Shown here piece after piece: positions 45,027-54,985 of a stretch of 64,000 nt of DNA (positions within the stretch are counted from its first letter, which is position 1; every line of letters starts with the position of its first letter). The notes beneath the pieces are model-generated. The model had not been told where the DNA came from and did not search any database. It saw only the letters and a list, made by a program, of their open reading frames with translations. Source of the stretch: Candidatus Azotimanducaceae bacterium. Lineage in GTDB: Bacteria; Pseudomonadota; Gammaproteobacteria; Pseudomonadales; Azotimanducaceae. The DNA lies in the NCBI GenBank assembly GCA_965205735.1, contig OZ242179.1, forward strand, positions 483,162 to 547,161. The letters run 5' to 3'. Made by a program: the position numbers and the translations under genes.

Positions 45027-46727
45027 TCAATCCCCACCCGAGTGTTTGTGCGCTCGCACTATACCACTGCCCGCTTGTATATCCGCACGATAGGTAGCCA
45101 CCGTTTGTTTCATTTCCTTGCGTAGCAGCACAAGGCCCAGGAGATTCGGCAGTGCCATCAGGGCCAGCGTAATTGCGGAAAATAGCCAGATCAGGGACGT
45201 ATCCATGACGGCGGCGAGAAAGAAGCCGAGCACGTACATTGCCCGATAAGACGTCACCCAGCGCAAACCGAACAGGTATACGACCGCACGATCACCGTAG
45301 TACGACCACGCGATGGCGGTCGAAAACGCGAACAGCAACAGACCAAGCGTTACCGCGTATTGGCCATAGTCGCCGAGGAACGACCGCTTGAACGCTTCTG
45401 CCGTGAGCGGTACCGAATGCAGCAGCGAACGCCCCCGAATCGTCGCTTGATCAACCAAGGCTCCATCGGCTATCCGAACGGTGCCGTTGTGCGGCTCCCC
45501 GTCGACGAGGACCAATACATCCTCCGCCACCGAACGGTTATGTAACACCGTCAGGTCGGCCGTGGCGAGCTTTCCGTCCACCACGGCAAATTCTCCATTG
45601 GCCGGTCGTACGGGGTCGTTCTCCGGCGGCGCTATATCCAGATGCGCGAACAGCGCCCGAACGTGCTCCGGGTCGTCCTCATTCCACGTCCCGGCGACGA
45701 ATTCCGTATCGAACCGCTGGAAGTCCGTCGCGAACTTCTCCGTCCACACGCCCGATGCGAGGATGACGAGTCCGGTCAAGGTACAGATGATCAGCGTGTC
45801 GAGAAACGGTTCGAGGATCGACACCAAGCCTTCCGATACGGGCTCGTCGGCGCGCGCCGAGGCGTGAGCGATCGCTGCGGACCCCTGCCCCGCCTCGTTG
45901 GAAAAGAGCCCCCGGTTGACCCCTCGGTTGAATGCATAGATAAAAGTCGCGCCGAGAAAGCCTCCCGTCGCCGCGCTACCGGTAAACGCTTCCCGAAAAA
46001 CGGAAACAAAGGCCGGGCCCACGGCTTCGGCATTGGTAGCAATCACGGCAACCGCGCCAATGGCGTAGAGCACGCCCATGACAGGAACGATTGTCGACGT
46101 CACCTTGGCGATGCGGGTGATGCCACCGATGATGACCAGCCCGAGCAGCGTAGCCAGCACCAGTCCGGTAACCCATGTCGGCACGCCGAATGACGCGTAC
46201 ATGCCCGAGGCCACGTTGTTGCTCTGGGGCATATTGCCGGAACCAAAGGAACTGACGATGGTCGCCACGGCAAAACACACCGCTAGCCATTTCATGTTGA
46301 GACCGCGCTCCATGTAGTACATGGGACCACCGGAGATCCGTCCCGCATCGTCCTTGACGCGATATTTGTGAGACAGCGTGACTTCGACAAACTTGGTCGT
46401 CATGCCGACGAACGCCGTGGCCCACATCCAGAACAGCGCCGCCGGGCCTCCGAGAAAGATGGCCAGGGCGACGCCGCCGATATTGCCCGTACCGACCGTT
46501 CCAGACAGCGCGGTCGAAAGCGCCTGAAAGTGACTCGTGTCTCCGGGACTGCCAGGTTTGGCATAGCGGCCAGCAAGCACGCCCCATGCGCGTTTGAAGA
46601 AGCGTATTTGCGGAAAGCCGAGGTACAGCGTGAAGAAGATGCCGACGCCAAGCAAAACGAGCGGAAAGTAGGCGGCGGATCCCAACAATCCATCGAGGAA
46701 GCGAAGAAAGTCCTCAAACGCCTGCAT
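45027..46727 (-). CDS. alanine/glycine:cation symporter (AGCS family)
   Basis: [36 protein letters not shown]. 566 aa with an extra soluble segment of about 100 aa. Confidence 0.85.
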   Translation of the reverse strand: MQAFEDFLRFLDGLLGSAAYFPLVLLGVGIFFTLYLGFPQIRFFKRAWGVLAGRYAKPGSPGDTSHFQALSTALSGTVGTGNIGGVALAIFLGGPAALFWMWATAFVGMTTKFVEVTLSHKYRVKDDAGRISGGPMYYMERGLNMKWLAVCFAVATIVSSFGSGNMPQSNNVASGMYASFGVPTWVTGLVLATLLGLVIIGGITRIAKVTSTIVPVMGVLYAIGAVAVIATNAEAVGPAFVSVFREAFTGSAATGGFLGATFIYAFNRGVNRGLFSNEAGQGSAAIAHASARADEPVSEGLVSILEPFLDTLIICTLTGLVILASGVWTEKFATDFQRFDTEFVAGTWNEDDPEHVRALFAHLDIAPPENDPVRPANGEFAVVDGKLATADLTVLHNRSVAEDVLVLVDGEPHNGTVRIADGALVDQATIRGRSLLHSVPLTAEAFKRSFLGDYGQYAVTLGLLLFAFSTAIAWSYYGDRAVVYLFGLRWVTSYRAMYVLGFFLAAVMDTSLIWLFSAITLALMALPNLLGLVLLRKEMKQTVATYRADIQAGSGIVRAHKHSGGD

Positions 46728-46872
46728 CAGCGGCCTCTCTGTCGCGCAGGGACACCATGCCTGGCAAAGCGATCAGCGACCCGCGCGCGTCGCGTCAAAG
46801 CGCGCCCCGACCGCGCGCTCCGACCCCAAGGGGAATATCCTCATGGTCCGGCGTTCCCTGGTGAGATTCCTC

Positions 46873-48240
46873 TCATGCCCGGGCTTCGCGCATGGTCACG
46901 AACTCTTCGGCGGCGGTTGGATGGATGCCAATTGTGCGATCGAAGTCCGCCTTGGTGGCCCGAGCCTTGATCGCAACGCTCAAGCCCTGGATGATCTCGC
47001 CAGCTTCGGGACCCACCATGTGCGCCGCGACCACGCGGTCGCTGTCGCCGTCCACCAGCAACTTCATCATGGTTCGCTCCCCGCGTCCCGTCAGCGTGTG
47101 CTTCAAGGGACGAAACGTCGACTCGAATACCTTCAAGCCGGGATAACTGCGACGGGCGCGTTCTTCGGTTGGGCCGACAGTACCGATATTCGGCTGGCAA
47201 AAGACCGCCGTGGGGATACCCTCATAGTCCACGTTGCGTTCTTCTCCGCCGAACAGGTTGTAGGCGATGCACATGCCTTCGGCGATGGCAACCGGGGTAA
47301 GTTGGACGCCGCCAACGACATCGCCAATGGCGCGTATGTGAGGCGCGCTGGTCCGATAGCGGTCGTCTACGCGTACTCCCCCCGACCGCCCAAGTTCGAC
47401 GCCCGCCTGGGCCAAACCAAGGCTGGCAGTATTGGGCCCCCTGCCTGTGGCGCAAAGGACCACGTCAGCTTCAAGCGCGTCTCCCGCGCGTGTGCGAACA
47501 ACAAGACCCCCGGCTACCCTCTCGATGCTGTCGATCTGCGTATCGAAACGCAGCGCAACCCCCTTTCCGCGTAGTTCTCCCGCGATAAAGTTGCGCACGC
47601 CCCCGTCGAAGCCGCGCAAAAACAACGGTCCCCGATACAGCAGTGTTGTCTCGGCACCAAGTCCTTTGAATATTCCGGCGAACTCGACGGCAATGTAACC
47701 CCCACCGATGATGACTACTCGCTCCGGAAACGTATCCAGATAGAAGGCGTCATCCGATGTGATCGCGAGGTCATGGCCCGGGAACGGCGGCACGCTGGGC
47801 CGGCTGCCGGTGGCAATCAGAATATTCTCCGCCGTGACCGTTTCGCCCCCTACGTCCACAGTGTAGGCGTTCACCAAGGTGGCCCGTTCGCGGATGATCT
47901 CGGCCCCCGGTCCCTCCAGCAGGCCCTGATACACGCCGTTGAGACGCTCTATTTCCCGCGTCTTGTTGTCGCGCAGGGTCGGCCAGTCGAAGGTCTCGCC
48001 GGATGTGGTCCAGCCGTACGCCGCGCCATCCTGGAAATCCTCCGCGTAATGCGACCCGTACACGAACAGTTTTTTGGGAATGCAGCCGACATTGACGCAT
48101 GTCCCGCCCAGATGAAGTTCCTCGGCGATAGCAACTTTGGCGCCCAACGCGGCGGACATGCGCGCAGCGCGCGTGCCACCTGAACCGGCACCGATGACGA
48201 ACAGGTCGTAGTCGGGGGTCATTGCGTCCCTAGTAGTCAA
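46873..48240 (-). CDS. gor: glutathione-disulfide reductase
   Basis: GAGSGG, the redox-active GGTCVNVGCIPKK, and a C-terminal HPTAAEEFVTMR. Confidence 0.85.
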   Translation of the reverse strand: MTTRDAMTPDYDLFVIGAGSGGTRAARMSAALGAKVAIAEELHLGGTCVNVGCIPKKLFVYGSHYAEDFQDGAAYGWTTSGETFDWPTLRDNKTREIERLNGVYQGLLEGPGAEIIRERATLVNAYTVDVGGETVTAENILIATGSRPSVPPFPGHDLAITSDDAFYLDTFPERVVIIGGGYIAVEFAGIFKGLGAETTLLYRGPLFLRGFDGGVRNFIAGELRGKGVALRFDTQIDSIERVAGGLVVRTRAGDALEADVVLCATGRGPNTASLGLAQAGVELGRSGGVRVDDRYRTSAPHIRAIGDVVGGVQLTPVAIAEGMCIAYNLFGGEERNVDYEGIPTAVFCQPNIGTVGPTEERARRSYPGLKVFESTFRPLKHTLTGRGERTMMKLLVDGDSDRVVAAHMVGPEAGEIIQGLSVAIKARATKADFDRTIGIHPTAAEEFVTMREARA

Positions 48241-48356
48241 AATGTGGAGCGAGCTTGCTGTAGCGCGCGGGTTGTCCGAACGCGAAGGCTATCTTGTCAA
48301 TACGCGAAATCCAAACACACCGGACCGCCCGCCCTGCCCTGCGTTAACATCGGCCC

Positions 48357-49553
48357 ATGGAAAGTACGCTCCTGTACGACTGTTTCAGCGGAATCTCCGG
48401 CGACATGCACATAGGCGCGATGGTCGACATCGGCGTACCGACGGACTACCTGCGCAGCCAACTCGCAAAACTCTCGCTCAAGTCCGAATTCGTACTCGAA
48501 GTCGAAACGGCGACCAAGATGGGCATCAGAGGCTCCAGGGCCACCGTCGTTCTGCGCAAGGATGGGCCCAGACCTCATCGTCGTCTGGCACAGATCATCG
48601 AAATCATCGAACGCGCCAGTTACAGTCGCGCCATAGAAGAGCGCGCCGTCACGATGTTCCAGGCCTTGGGAGAAGCGGAAGCCGTTGTCCACGGCATCGA
48701 CGTGCAGGAGGTGCACTTTCACGAAGTCGGCGCGACGGATGCAATTGTCGACATCGTCGCCGCCGCGCTTGGTCTGGAGTATCTGGGTGTTGAGGGGGTG
48801 CTGTCGCGACCGGTCGAAGTCGGCGGCGGCACGATACTTTGCGAGCATGGTCGGATGCCGGTGCCCGCCCCAGCCACCGCGTTGTTGCTCCAGGGCGTGC
48901 CCTGCCGCTACGGCGGTGTCGACGGCGAAGCGACTACACCGACCGGGGCGACGATTCTCAAGTGCGCGGTCGACGTATTCGGCGAACCCCGCGACTTCGT
49001 CGCCGAACGTATCGGCTATGGGATCGGGCAAAAGGACTTCGACCTTCCAAACGTGTTGCGTGTCGTCCTCGGTACAGCCAGGGCCGACAAGGTTTATGGC
49101 TATGATGTCGAAACCAATGTCGAGATAGAGTGCAATATCGACGACATGCGACCCGAAGCATTTCAGCCGCTGATCGATGGTCTGTTCGCTATTGGCGCCA
49201 GGGATGTCATGGTGACGCCGGCCCTGATGAAAAAGTCCCGGCCGGGACACACGGTTTCCGTCCTGGCTCCGCCAGATCGGCTCGAAGCCGTGGTGCAGCG
49301 TCTGACGGTCGATTCCACAACCATCGGCGTGCGTTTTCACGAGGTGCAAAAGTGGATGCTGCCGCGACGCACCGCGACCGTCGAGACGACATTCGGCAAG
49401 GTTCGCGTCAAGGTGGCCGAGTTGCCCGATGGTCGTAAGCGCTGGAAGTCCGAACACGACGACATTCTCGCCCTCGCCCGCGCGCGTGGCGATAGCTACC
49501 TGATGCTGAAGGACGCGGTCGACCAGGAGATCGCTGCATGGATGAACGACTAG
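48357..49553 (+). CDS. larC: nickel-pincer cofactor biosynthesis protein LarC (nickel insertion)
   Basis: N-terminus LYDCFSGISGDMHIGAMVDIGVP (DUF111/LarC type). 398 aa. Confidence 0.8.
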   Translation: MESTLLYDCFSGISGDMHIGAMVDIGVPTDYLRSQLAKLSLKSEFVLEVETATKMGIRGSRATVVLRKDGPRPHRRLAQIIEIIERASYSRAIEERAVTMFQALGEAEAVVHGIDVQEVHFHEVGATDAIVDIVAAALGLEYLGVEGVLSRPVEVGGGTILCEHGRMPVPAPATALLLQGVPCRYGGVDGEATTPTGATILKCAVDVFGEPRDFVAERIGYGIGQKDFDLPNVLRVVLGTARADKVYGYDVETNVEIECNIDDMRPEAFQPLIDGLFAIGARDVMVTPALMKKSRPGHTVSVLAPPDRLEAVVQRLTVDSTTIGVRFHEVQKWMLPRRTATVETTFGKVRVKVAELPDGRKRWKSEHDDILALARARGDSYLMLKDAVDQEIAAWMND

Positions 49554-50290
49554 AGAATCTCGCCGCCATCCTCGAGGCCTACCGGGCTGGCGAGGTCTCG
49601 CGCACCGATGCCCTCCAACGCATCGATGTCTCGTATTTCGAGCCCGCGGGAGACGTGACCGTCGACCATGACCGTCGCCGCCGCACGGGAGCTGCCGAGG
49701 TCATCTACGGCGAACACAAGACGCCGGAACAGATCCTGACGGCTTTTCGGGCACTGCGCGCCCGCGGCGAAAACGTCCTCATCACGCGCGTGCAGGCGGA
49801 CAAGTTTGCCGCCCTCCAAGGAGAACTTGACGGCGCCGAATACCATGCGACAGCCCGCGTGATCACATACAAGACGTCCGGCGGCACGCCAGCGCCGACC
49901 ACGGTCGCTGTCGTCACGGCGGGCACCTCCGACGCGCCGGTCGCCGAGGAAGCTGCCGTCACGTGCGAGTTCTACGACACGCCGGTAACGCGAATAAGCG
50001 ATGTTGGCGTCGCCGGGCTGCATCGTCTATTAGCGAGGCTCACGACGTTGCGAGAGGCGAAGGTGTTGATCGTCGTGGCCGGCATGGAGGGCGCGCTGCC
50101 AAGCGTCGTTGGCGGTCTGGTGGACAAACCTGTCATCGCGGTTCCCACGAGTGTTGGCTATGGCGCATCTTTCGGTGGCGTCGCGGCGCTGCTCGGCATG
50201 TTGAACAGTTGCGCATCCGGCGTCTGCGTGGTCAATATCGACAACGGGTTTGGCGCGGGCTTCCTCGCAAGCCTTGTCAATCGGCTATAA
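49538..50290 (+). CDS. larB: nickel-pincer cofactor biosynthesis protein LarB (NaAD carboxylase/hydrolase)
   Basis: PurE-like domain VAVVTAGTSDAPVAEEA...VVAGMEGALPSVVGG. Confidence 0.8.
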   Translation: MDERLENLAAILEAYRAGEVSRTDALQRIDVSYFEPAGDVTVDHDRRRRTGAAEVIYGEHKTPEQILTAFRALRARGENVLITRVQADKFAALQGELDGAEYHATARVITYKTSGGTPAPTTVAVVTAGTSDAPVAEEAAVTCEFYDTPVTRISDVGVAGLHRLLARLTTLREAKVLIVVAGMEGALPSVVGGLVDKPVIAVPTSVGYGASFGGVAALLGMLNSCASGVCVVNIDNGFGAGFLASLVNRL

Positions 50291-50299
50291 GATGCGGGC

Positions 50300-51112
50300 A
50301 TGAGCACCTTGCAGGCGAAATATGCCGCCTTGAAATCGTTTGTCGGCAGTTTTGACTCCGCCGTCGTGGCGTATTCGGGCGGCGTCGATTCATCGCTTGT
50401 GGCCTACGTCACCGCGAAGGTGTTAGGGCCCAGGTCATTGGCCGTGACATCCGGCTCGAAAAGCCTGAAGCGCGACGATCTCGCCTTGTCGAAGGAACTT
50501 GCCGATCGATGGCACATGCCGCACCGCGTCATCGTGACAGACGAACTTGACGACCCTGACTATCGCGCAAATCCCACCAATCGATGTTTCTATTGCAAGA
50601 TGTCGCTCTACACGCACCTGGCGCAGATCGCCGAAACCGAAGGTTTTGACGCGATTTTCAACGGCACGAACCTCGACGACCTGGGCGACCACCGCCCGGG
50701 ACTCATCGCCGCCAGGGAGCATGGCGTCCGATCACCCCTGGTGGAGACCGGCTTCAGCAAGGCTGATATCCGCCAGCTAGCGGAGACCCTCGGCCTTGAG
50801 AACGCGCAGAAGCCGCAGTCCGCCTGCCTGTCGAGCCGCGTGCCCTACGGCACCGCGATCGACGCGAGCTTGCTGCGCCAGATCGAGCGCGCCGAAAGCG
50901 CTTTGCTCGCCCTCGGTTTTTCGCAGTTCCGCGTCCGCCACCACGGCGATGTCGCTCGCCTGGAACTGGTCGGGACAGAGTTCGAAAAGGCGCTGGCGCG
51001 ACGGGACGCCATCGTCGAAAGGGTGAAGGCTTGCGGATATCGGTTCGTCGCCCTGGACCTGGCGGGTTTCCGATCCGGATCGCTCAACGAGGGAATGGTC
51101 GAGAACGGTTGA
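50300..51112 (+). CDS. larE: ATP-dependent sacrificial sulfur transferase LarE
   Basis: PP-loop AYSGGVDSS and the conserved Cys in SACLSSRVPYG. Confidence 0.8.
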   Translation: MSTLQAKYAALKSFVGSFDSAVVAYSGGVDSSLVAYVTAKVLGPRSLAVTSGSKSLKRDDLALSKELADRWHMPHRVIVTDELDDPDYRANPTNRCFYCKMSLYTHLAQIAETEGFDAIFNGTNLDDLGDHRPGLIAAREHGVRSPLVETGFSKADIRQLAETLGLENAQKPQSACLSSRVPYGTAIDASLLRQIERAESALLALGFSQFRVRHHGDVARLELVGTEFEKALARRDAIVERVKACGYRFVALDLAGFRSGSLNEGMVENG

Positions 51113-51132
51113 ACGTTCGCGGCCGGGCTGGC

Positions 51133-51354
51133 GCTAGCGGGCTGTCGGACTTGCCGCACTGGCGGCGAGATCGACAGGATGATAGGTGGGCTTGGCGGGG
51201 GGCAAAACACGGCGCCCGCCAGGGCGACGGTTTTTGTGGCGCTAACAGGCTGTCGGACTTGCCGCAATAGCGGCACGGTCGACAGGATGATAGGTGGGCT
51301 TGGGCGGGGGCAAAAGACGGCGCCCGATAGGGCGACGGGTTTTGTGGCACTAGC
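51133..51354 (-). repeat. two tandem REP-like units, inverted relative to the 39491 locus
   Basis: gctagcgggctgtcggacttgccgcactggcggcgag...ggtttttgtggc occurs twice. The trailing actagc contains the ribE TAG stop (51350-51352). Confidence 0.85.
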
Positions 51355-51982
51355 CCGCGATCTCCCGCAGGAGTGTCTTGTCGCGCAGCAATTCCCGCAC
51401 GGTGTCGACCACCGCCTGGGTCCGATAGTCCACTTCCAGGTTCAGACGGTCGCCTACCGCCCTATCCTCGAATCCGGCGCGAACGAGCGTCTCGGGAATC
51501 AGCTTCACCGTTGCGCTCCCCGTATCTCGATTCAATTCGGCGATGGTCAGGCTAGCGCCGTCGAGGGCGATGAAACCCTTTTTCATCAGATAGTTCGGCC
51601 AAGGTCTTGGTACTGATACTGATACCGACGCAAGCCCTTCGGTGGTTTCAATGCGCGTCACGCGAGCGGTGCACGCGACATGGCCGGACAGCACATGGCC
51701 ACCCACTTCGTCCCCGACCTTGAATGATCGTTCAACGTTCACAAGATCGCCGGTCGCCGCCTCTCCAAGATTTGTGAGGACGGTGGTTTCCTGGACCAGA
51801 TGGAATGTCGCGACGGTCCCGCACACGCGCGTCGCCGTCGCGCAGACACCGTTCAGCGCGACCGACGCGCCAGTTGTCAGGCCCTCGGCCAAACGCCCAA
51901 GATCGACGGAAAGCGTTGTGAGCGCGCCCTCGCGCTGCGCCGCGATGACTTCGCAACGCTCCTGAACGATCCCCGTAAACAC
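51350..51982 (-). CDS. ribE: riboflavin synthase
   Basis: MFTGIVQERCEV... with a duplicated lumazine-binding barrel. 210 aa. Confidence 0.9.
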   Translation of the reverse strand: MFTGIVQERCEVIAAQREGALTTLSVDLGRLAEGLTTGASVALNGVCATATRVCGTVATFHLVQETTVLTNLGEAATGDLVNVERSFKVGDEVGGHVLSGHVACTARVTRIETTEGLASVSVSVPRPWPNYLMKKGFIALDGASLTIAELNRDTGSATVKLIPETLVRAGFEDRAVGDRLNLEVDYRTQAVVDTVRELLRDKTLLREIAG

Positions 51983-52020
51983 CTTGGAGCGCGCCGCGCG
52001 GTCAAAGGGGAAAAGGCTCG

Positions 52021-53334
52021 TTAGTCCGCCGCCGCGAGCAGTTCCCTGCGCTTCGCCTCATTGTCTATATGAGCGACCCAGCGCGAACAGATTCTTTCGA
52101 CGTTCCTATCCTTGGCCCCGCGCGCGGCGGTACGCGCCCCGACGAATACCTTTCTCGCCTGAGTCAGACGATCACGGTTGAACAGGCACATTCCGTGAAT
52201 GACCTGCGTATTGAACGGTTTCCGCAAGCCACCCTTTTCGAGGGCGCTCTCAGCCGAATCGGTACACTTCTTGTACTCGTCCTTTTCCAGGTACAACGTG
52301 GCCAGACGAGCGAGAATCTCCCCGTCGTCCGACTTGGTGCCGGCCTTCTCGAAGACGGGAATCGCGGAGTCCACCTCCTGCGCCATTTGGTACGCCTGGC
52401 CAAGCGACTGAAGGTTATCCGGGGTATCTTCCACGATGCCCTCATCGATAGCCTTCTGCAGCCATTTCGCCGCGCGGTATGGCACGGTGCTCTGCATCAA
52501 TAAGCCCGCATAGTTGCGCATATCGGACTCGCGGTCCAGATACCCCGCCACATGCGCCGCCTCATAGGTATACACCTGTTTGCTTTCGTAGCCTTCCTGC
52601 CCGTACACCTGACCGAGCTGCACCCAGTATTCGCGTTTCGGAAAATCGCGCACCAGGATCTCCAGGATATCGAGCACCTTCGCCCAGTCGTCCTGTTCGA
52701 AGTAGAGATACTTCAGCAATCCCCACCAGGGCTCCTTGACTTCGGTGCCCCGTTCCTGCGCGATGTTGATCGCCTTCTCCACATGGATGGTCGCGTTCGG
52801 GAAGTCATCCATCCGGTAGTAGACCTGCGCCATGAAGATATGCGGCTCGGGGCTTGGGCTGTCGGCCTGATCCAGCCACGTTTGCATGTAATGCAACGCC
52901 TCGTTGAAGTTCTCTTCCGAATAATGCAGCTGGGCCAGACTGTAGATGATCTGCGTTTCCATTCCTTCGCTGATCTGATCGCCCTGCTCCAGCACATGTT
53001 CGTAGGCGACGATGGCTTGATCGTACCGGTCGACCGCGTAGTAGACGAACGCCATCATGTTATATATGGCGCCGAGTTCATTGCCGTTGTAGCGCCGTCG
53101 TCGATCAAGCATGCCGTTCAAGGCACCGAGGGCGCCCTGATAGTCCTCCGCATCGATCAATTCCTGCGCCTGGGCCAATTTCTTGTAGGTCGCCTCCGTC
53201 ATTGTCGGCACGCGCCGCGTTTGTTTTTTCTCTTCGGCGGCGAACGCGATACCGTCGCTTACACCGGCTGGGAGCGGAAACAGGGAAAGAAGAAAGACCG
53301 CGACTAGCGTCCTGGCTACTGGATAGACCCGCAT
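52021..53334 (-). CDS. exported TPR-repeat protein of the TonB2-type cluster (TtpD-like)
   Basis: Signal peptide plus multiple TPR-like repeats. It is the last gene of the DUF3450/TtpC/ExbB/ExbD/TonB cluster. Confidence 0.7.
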   Translation of the reverse strand: MRVYPVARTLVAVFLLSLFPLPAGVSDGIAFAAEEKKQTRRVPTMTEATYKKLAQAQELIDAEDYQGALGALNGMLDRRRRYNGNELGAIYNMMAFVYYAVDRYDQAIVAYEHVLEQGDQISEGMETQIIYSLAQLHYSEENFNEALHYMQTWLDQADSPSPEPHIFMAQVYYRMDDFPNATIHVEKAINIAQERGTEVKEPWWGLLKYLYFEQDDWAKVLDILEILVRDFPKREYWVQLGQVYGQEGYESKQVYTYEAAHVAGYLDRESDMRNYAGLLMQSTVPYRAAKWLQKAIDEGIVEDTPDNLQSLGQAYQMAQEVDSAIPVFEKAGTKSDDGEILARLATLYLEKDEYKKCTDSAESALEKGGLRKPFNTQVIHGMCLFNRDRLTQARKVFVGARTAARGAKDRNVERICSRWVAHIDNEAKRRELLAAAD

Positions 53335-53343
53335 GCTCGCCTC

Positions 53344-53946
53344 CTATGCGTCCTCAAGCTCGAATTTGATGAGGTTGCGTACTCCCCCAACCTCGACCGG
53401 TTCGCCGTTGACCACCTTCGGCTTGTACTTGAACTTCAGCGCAGCCTGAATTGCGGAGCGATCAAAGATTCCGGGAGGCTTGGCTTCTATCACAACGGGA
53501 TCGCGCACGGCGCCCGAGGCCATGACGACGAACTCGAGCAACACGTATCCCTCTATGCCGCGCGTCTGGGCCCGTCGAGGGTAGATCGGCGCCACCTTGA
53601 CGATTGGCAGGTATTCGCCGTCGGCTGTGAATCCGCCGGTGCCGGAGAGATTGTGATCTACCTGGATCTGCACCGAGCCAATCTCCACGCCCTGGCTGAT
53701 ATTGGAATCGAAGTCTGGCTTCGGCATGTCGGGCGGTGGCTCATCGGGGGGTGGCGGCGGTTTCGGCTTGCGCTTTTTGGTGATCAGTTCCTGATCTTCC
53801 TCCAATCGAACGAAGTCGAGGATCCGGCCCTGCCCGGCGTCGGTAAACGGGCTCTTGTCGCTCTTGATCAGGGCCTGCATGAGAAGGAACAGCAGGAAGG
53901 TGACAACCAACCCGGCTGCGACACCGACGACGTAACGCGTGATCAT
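53344..53946 (-). CDS. tonB: energy transducer TonB
   Basis: N-terminal TM segment, a Pro-rich spacer (KPKPPPPPDEPPPDMPKPDF) and a C-terminal TonB domain (YPRRAQTRGIEGYVLLEF). The ATG at 53946 has AGGAGG upstream. Confidence 0.85.
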   Translation of the reverse strand: MITRYVVGVAAGLVVTFLLFLLMQALIKSDKSPFTDAGQGRILDFVRLEEDQELITKKRKPKPPPPPDEPPPDMPKPDFDSNISQGVEIGSVQIQVDHNLSGTGGFTADGEYLPIVKVAPIYPRRAQTRGIEGYVLLEFVVMASGAVRDPVVIEAKPPGIFDRSAIQAALKFKYKPKVVNGEPVEVGGVRNLIKFELEDA

Positions 53947-53989
53947 GCGGACTCCTCCTTCAGTGCTCTCTGGCAATCGCTATTGTTTG

Positions 53990-54394
53990 CTACTTCTCCG
54001 TGGCTATCGCCACTTCAGTCAGACTTGCCGATCGCGCCGCATCCAACACGGCTTTCAGCACCTCGAACTTGGCGTTCCGGTCGGCCTGGATGACCAGGCC
54101 TCCTTTCGGATTCTCGATATGAAGGCGTTCGATGTGGGCGGCCACCGCCGTCGGGTCCACCTGTTTCTTGTCGATCCAGATTTCGCCCGCTTCGCTGATG
54201 GCCACCAGTACGCTCACCGTAGGCTTCTGTTCCTGGGTCTGCGCGTCGGGACGGAAGACTTCGATACCGGCCTGTTTGATGAACGTCGCGGTCACGATGA
54301 AAAAAATCAACATGATGAACACGACATCCAGCATCGGCGTCAAGTTCAGATCCGAATCGTCGTCGGATCGGGAGTGGGTTCGAATCTGCCGCAC
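53990..54394 (-). CDS. exbD: biopolymer transport protein ExbD
   Basis: 134 aa. ...LNLTPMLDVVFIMLIFFIV..., ExbD/TolR type. Confidence 0.9.
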   Translation of the reverse strand: MRQIRTHSRSDDDSDLNLTPMLDVVFIMLIFFIVTATFIKQAGIEVFRPDAQTQEQKPTVSVLVAISEAGEIWIDKKQVDPTAVAAHIERLHIENPKGGLVIQADRNAKFEVLKAVLDAARSASLTEVAIATEK

Positions 54395-54454
54395 CGGATT
54401 ATCCTCTCGTCTAGCTATATTGCGCAGTCACTACGCCGTCGCCGCTTGCGACCT

Positions 54455-54973
54455 TCAATGATCCATTGTCAGGCGTTGTTCAAACGACTCGGTCTCGTAC
54501 TCGATCCTTCGTCGCACCACGGTGCTTGCCATGAGGCCCGACAAGGATGCGATCATCCCGGACATTGTAGGAATCGTGGCCATGGATACCCCGGCCGCCA
54601 TCGACCGCGCGTTGCCACCCTGCGTCGCCATGGCGTCGAATACGGTGATCATGCCGGTGACCGTGCCGAGCAGACCCAGCAGCGGACACAGGGCCACGCA
54701 GGTCTGGATGATCGGCAGCGAGCCTGTAATGCGCGCCGAGGTCTGGGAAATGATCGCGGCCCGAATTTCGCGCGCGCTCCAGGAGCGCCGTTCCGGGCGC
54801 CCTTCCCAAGCATCCGAAGCGTCGAGGATTACCCGCTTGTGTTCCGTCTGGAAATACCAGAAACGTTCGACCAGCAGCGTCCACATCAGGAACGTGACGA
54901 TAGCGATCAAATACAGGACGTTGCCGCCCTGCTCGATGTAGGCGACGACCGCTAGATATGCGTCACCAATCAC
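54455..54973 (-). CDS. exbB: MotA/TolQ/ExbB proton-channel protein ExbB
   Basis: 172 aa with the conserved LCPLLGLLGTVTGMI segment. Confidence 0.9.
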   Translation of the reverse strand: MIGDAYLAVVAYIEQGGNVLYLIAIVTFLMWTLLVERFWYFQTEHKRVILDASDAWEGRPERRSWSAREIRAAIISQTSARITGSLPIIQTCVALCPLLGLLGTVTGMITVFDAMATQGGNARSMAAGVSMATIPTMSGMIASLSGLMASTVVRRRIEYETESFEQRLTMDH

Positions 54974-54985
54974 GGCCTACCTCTC

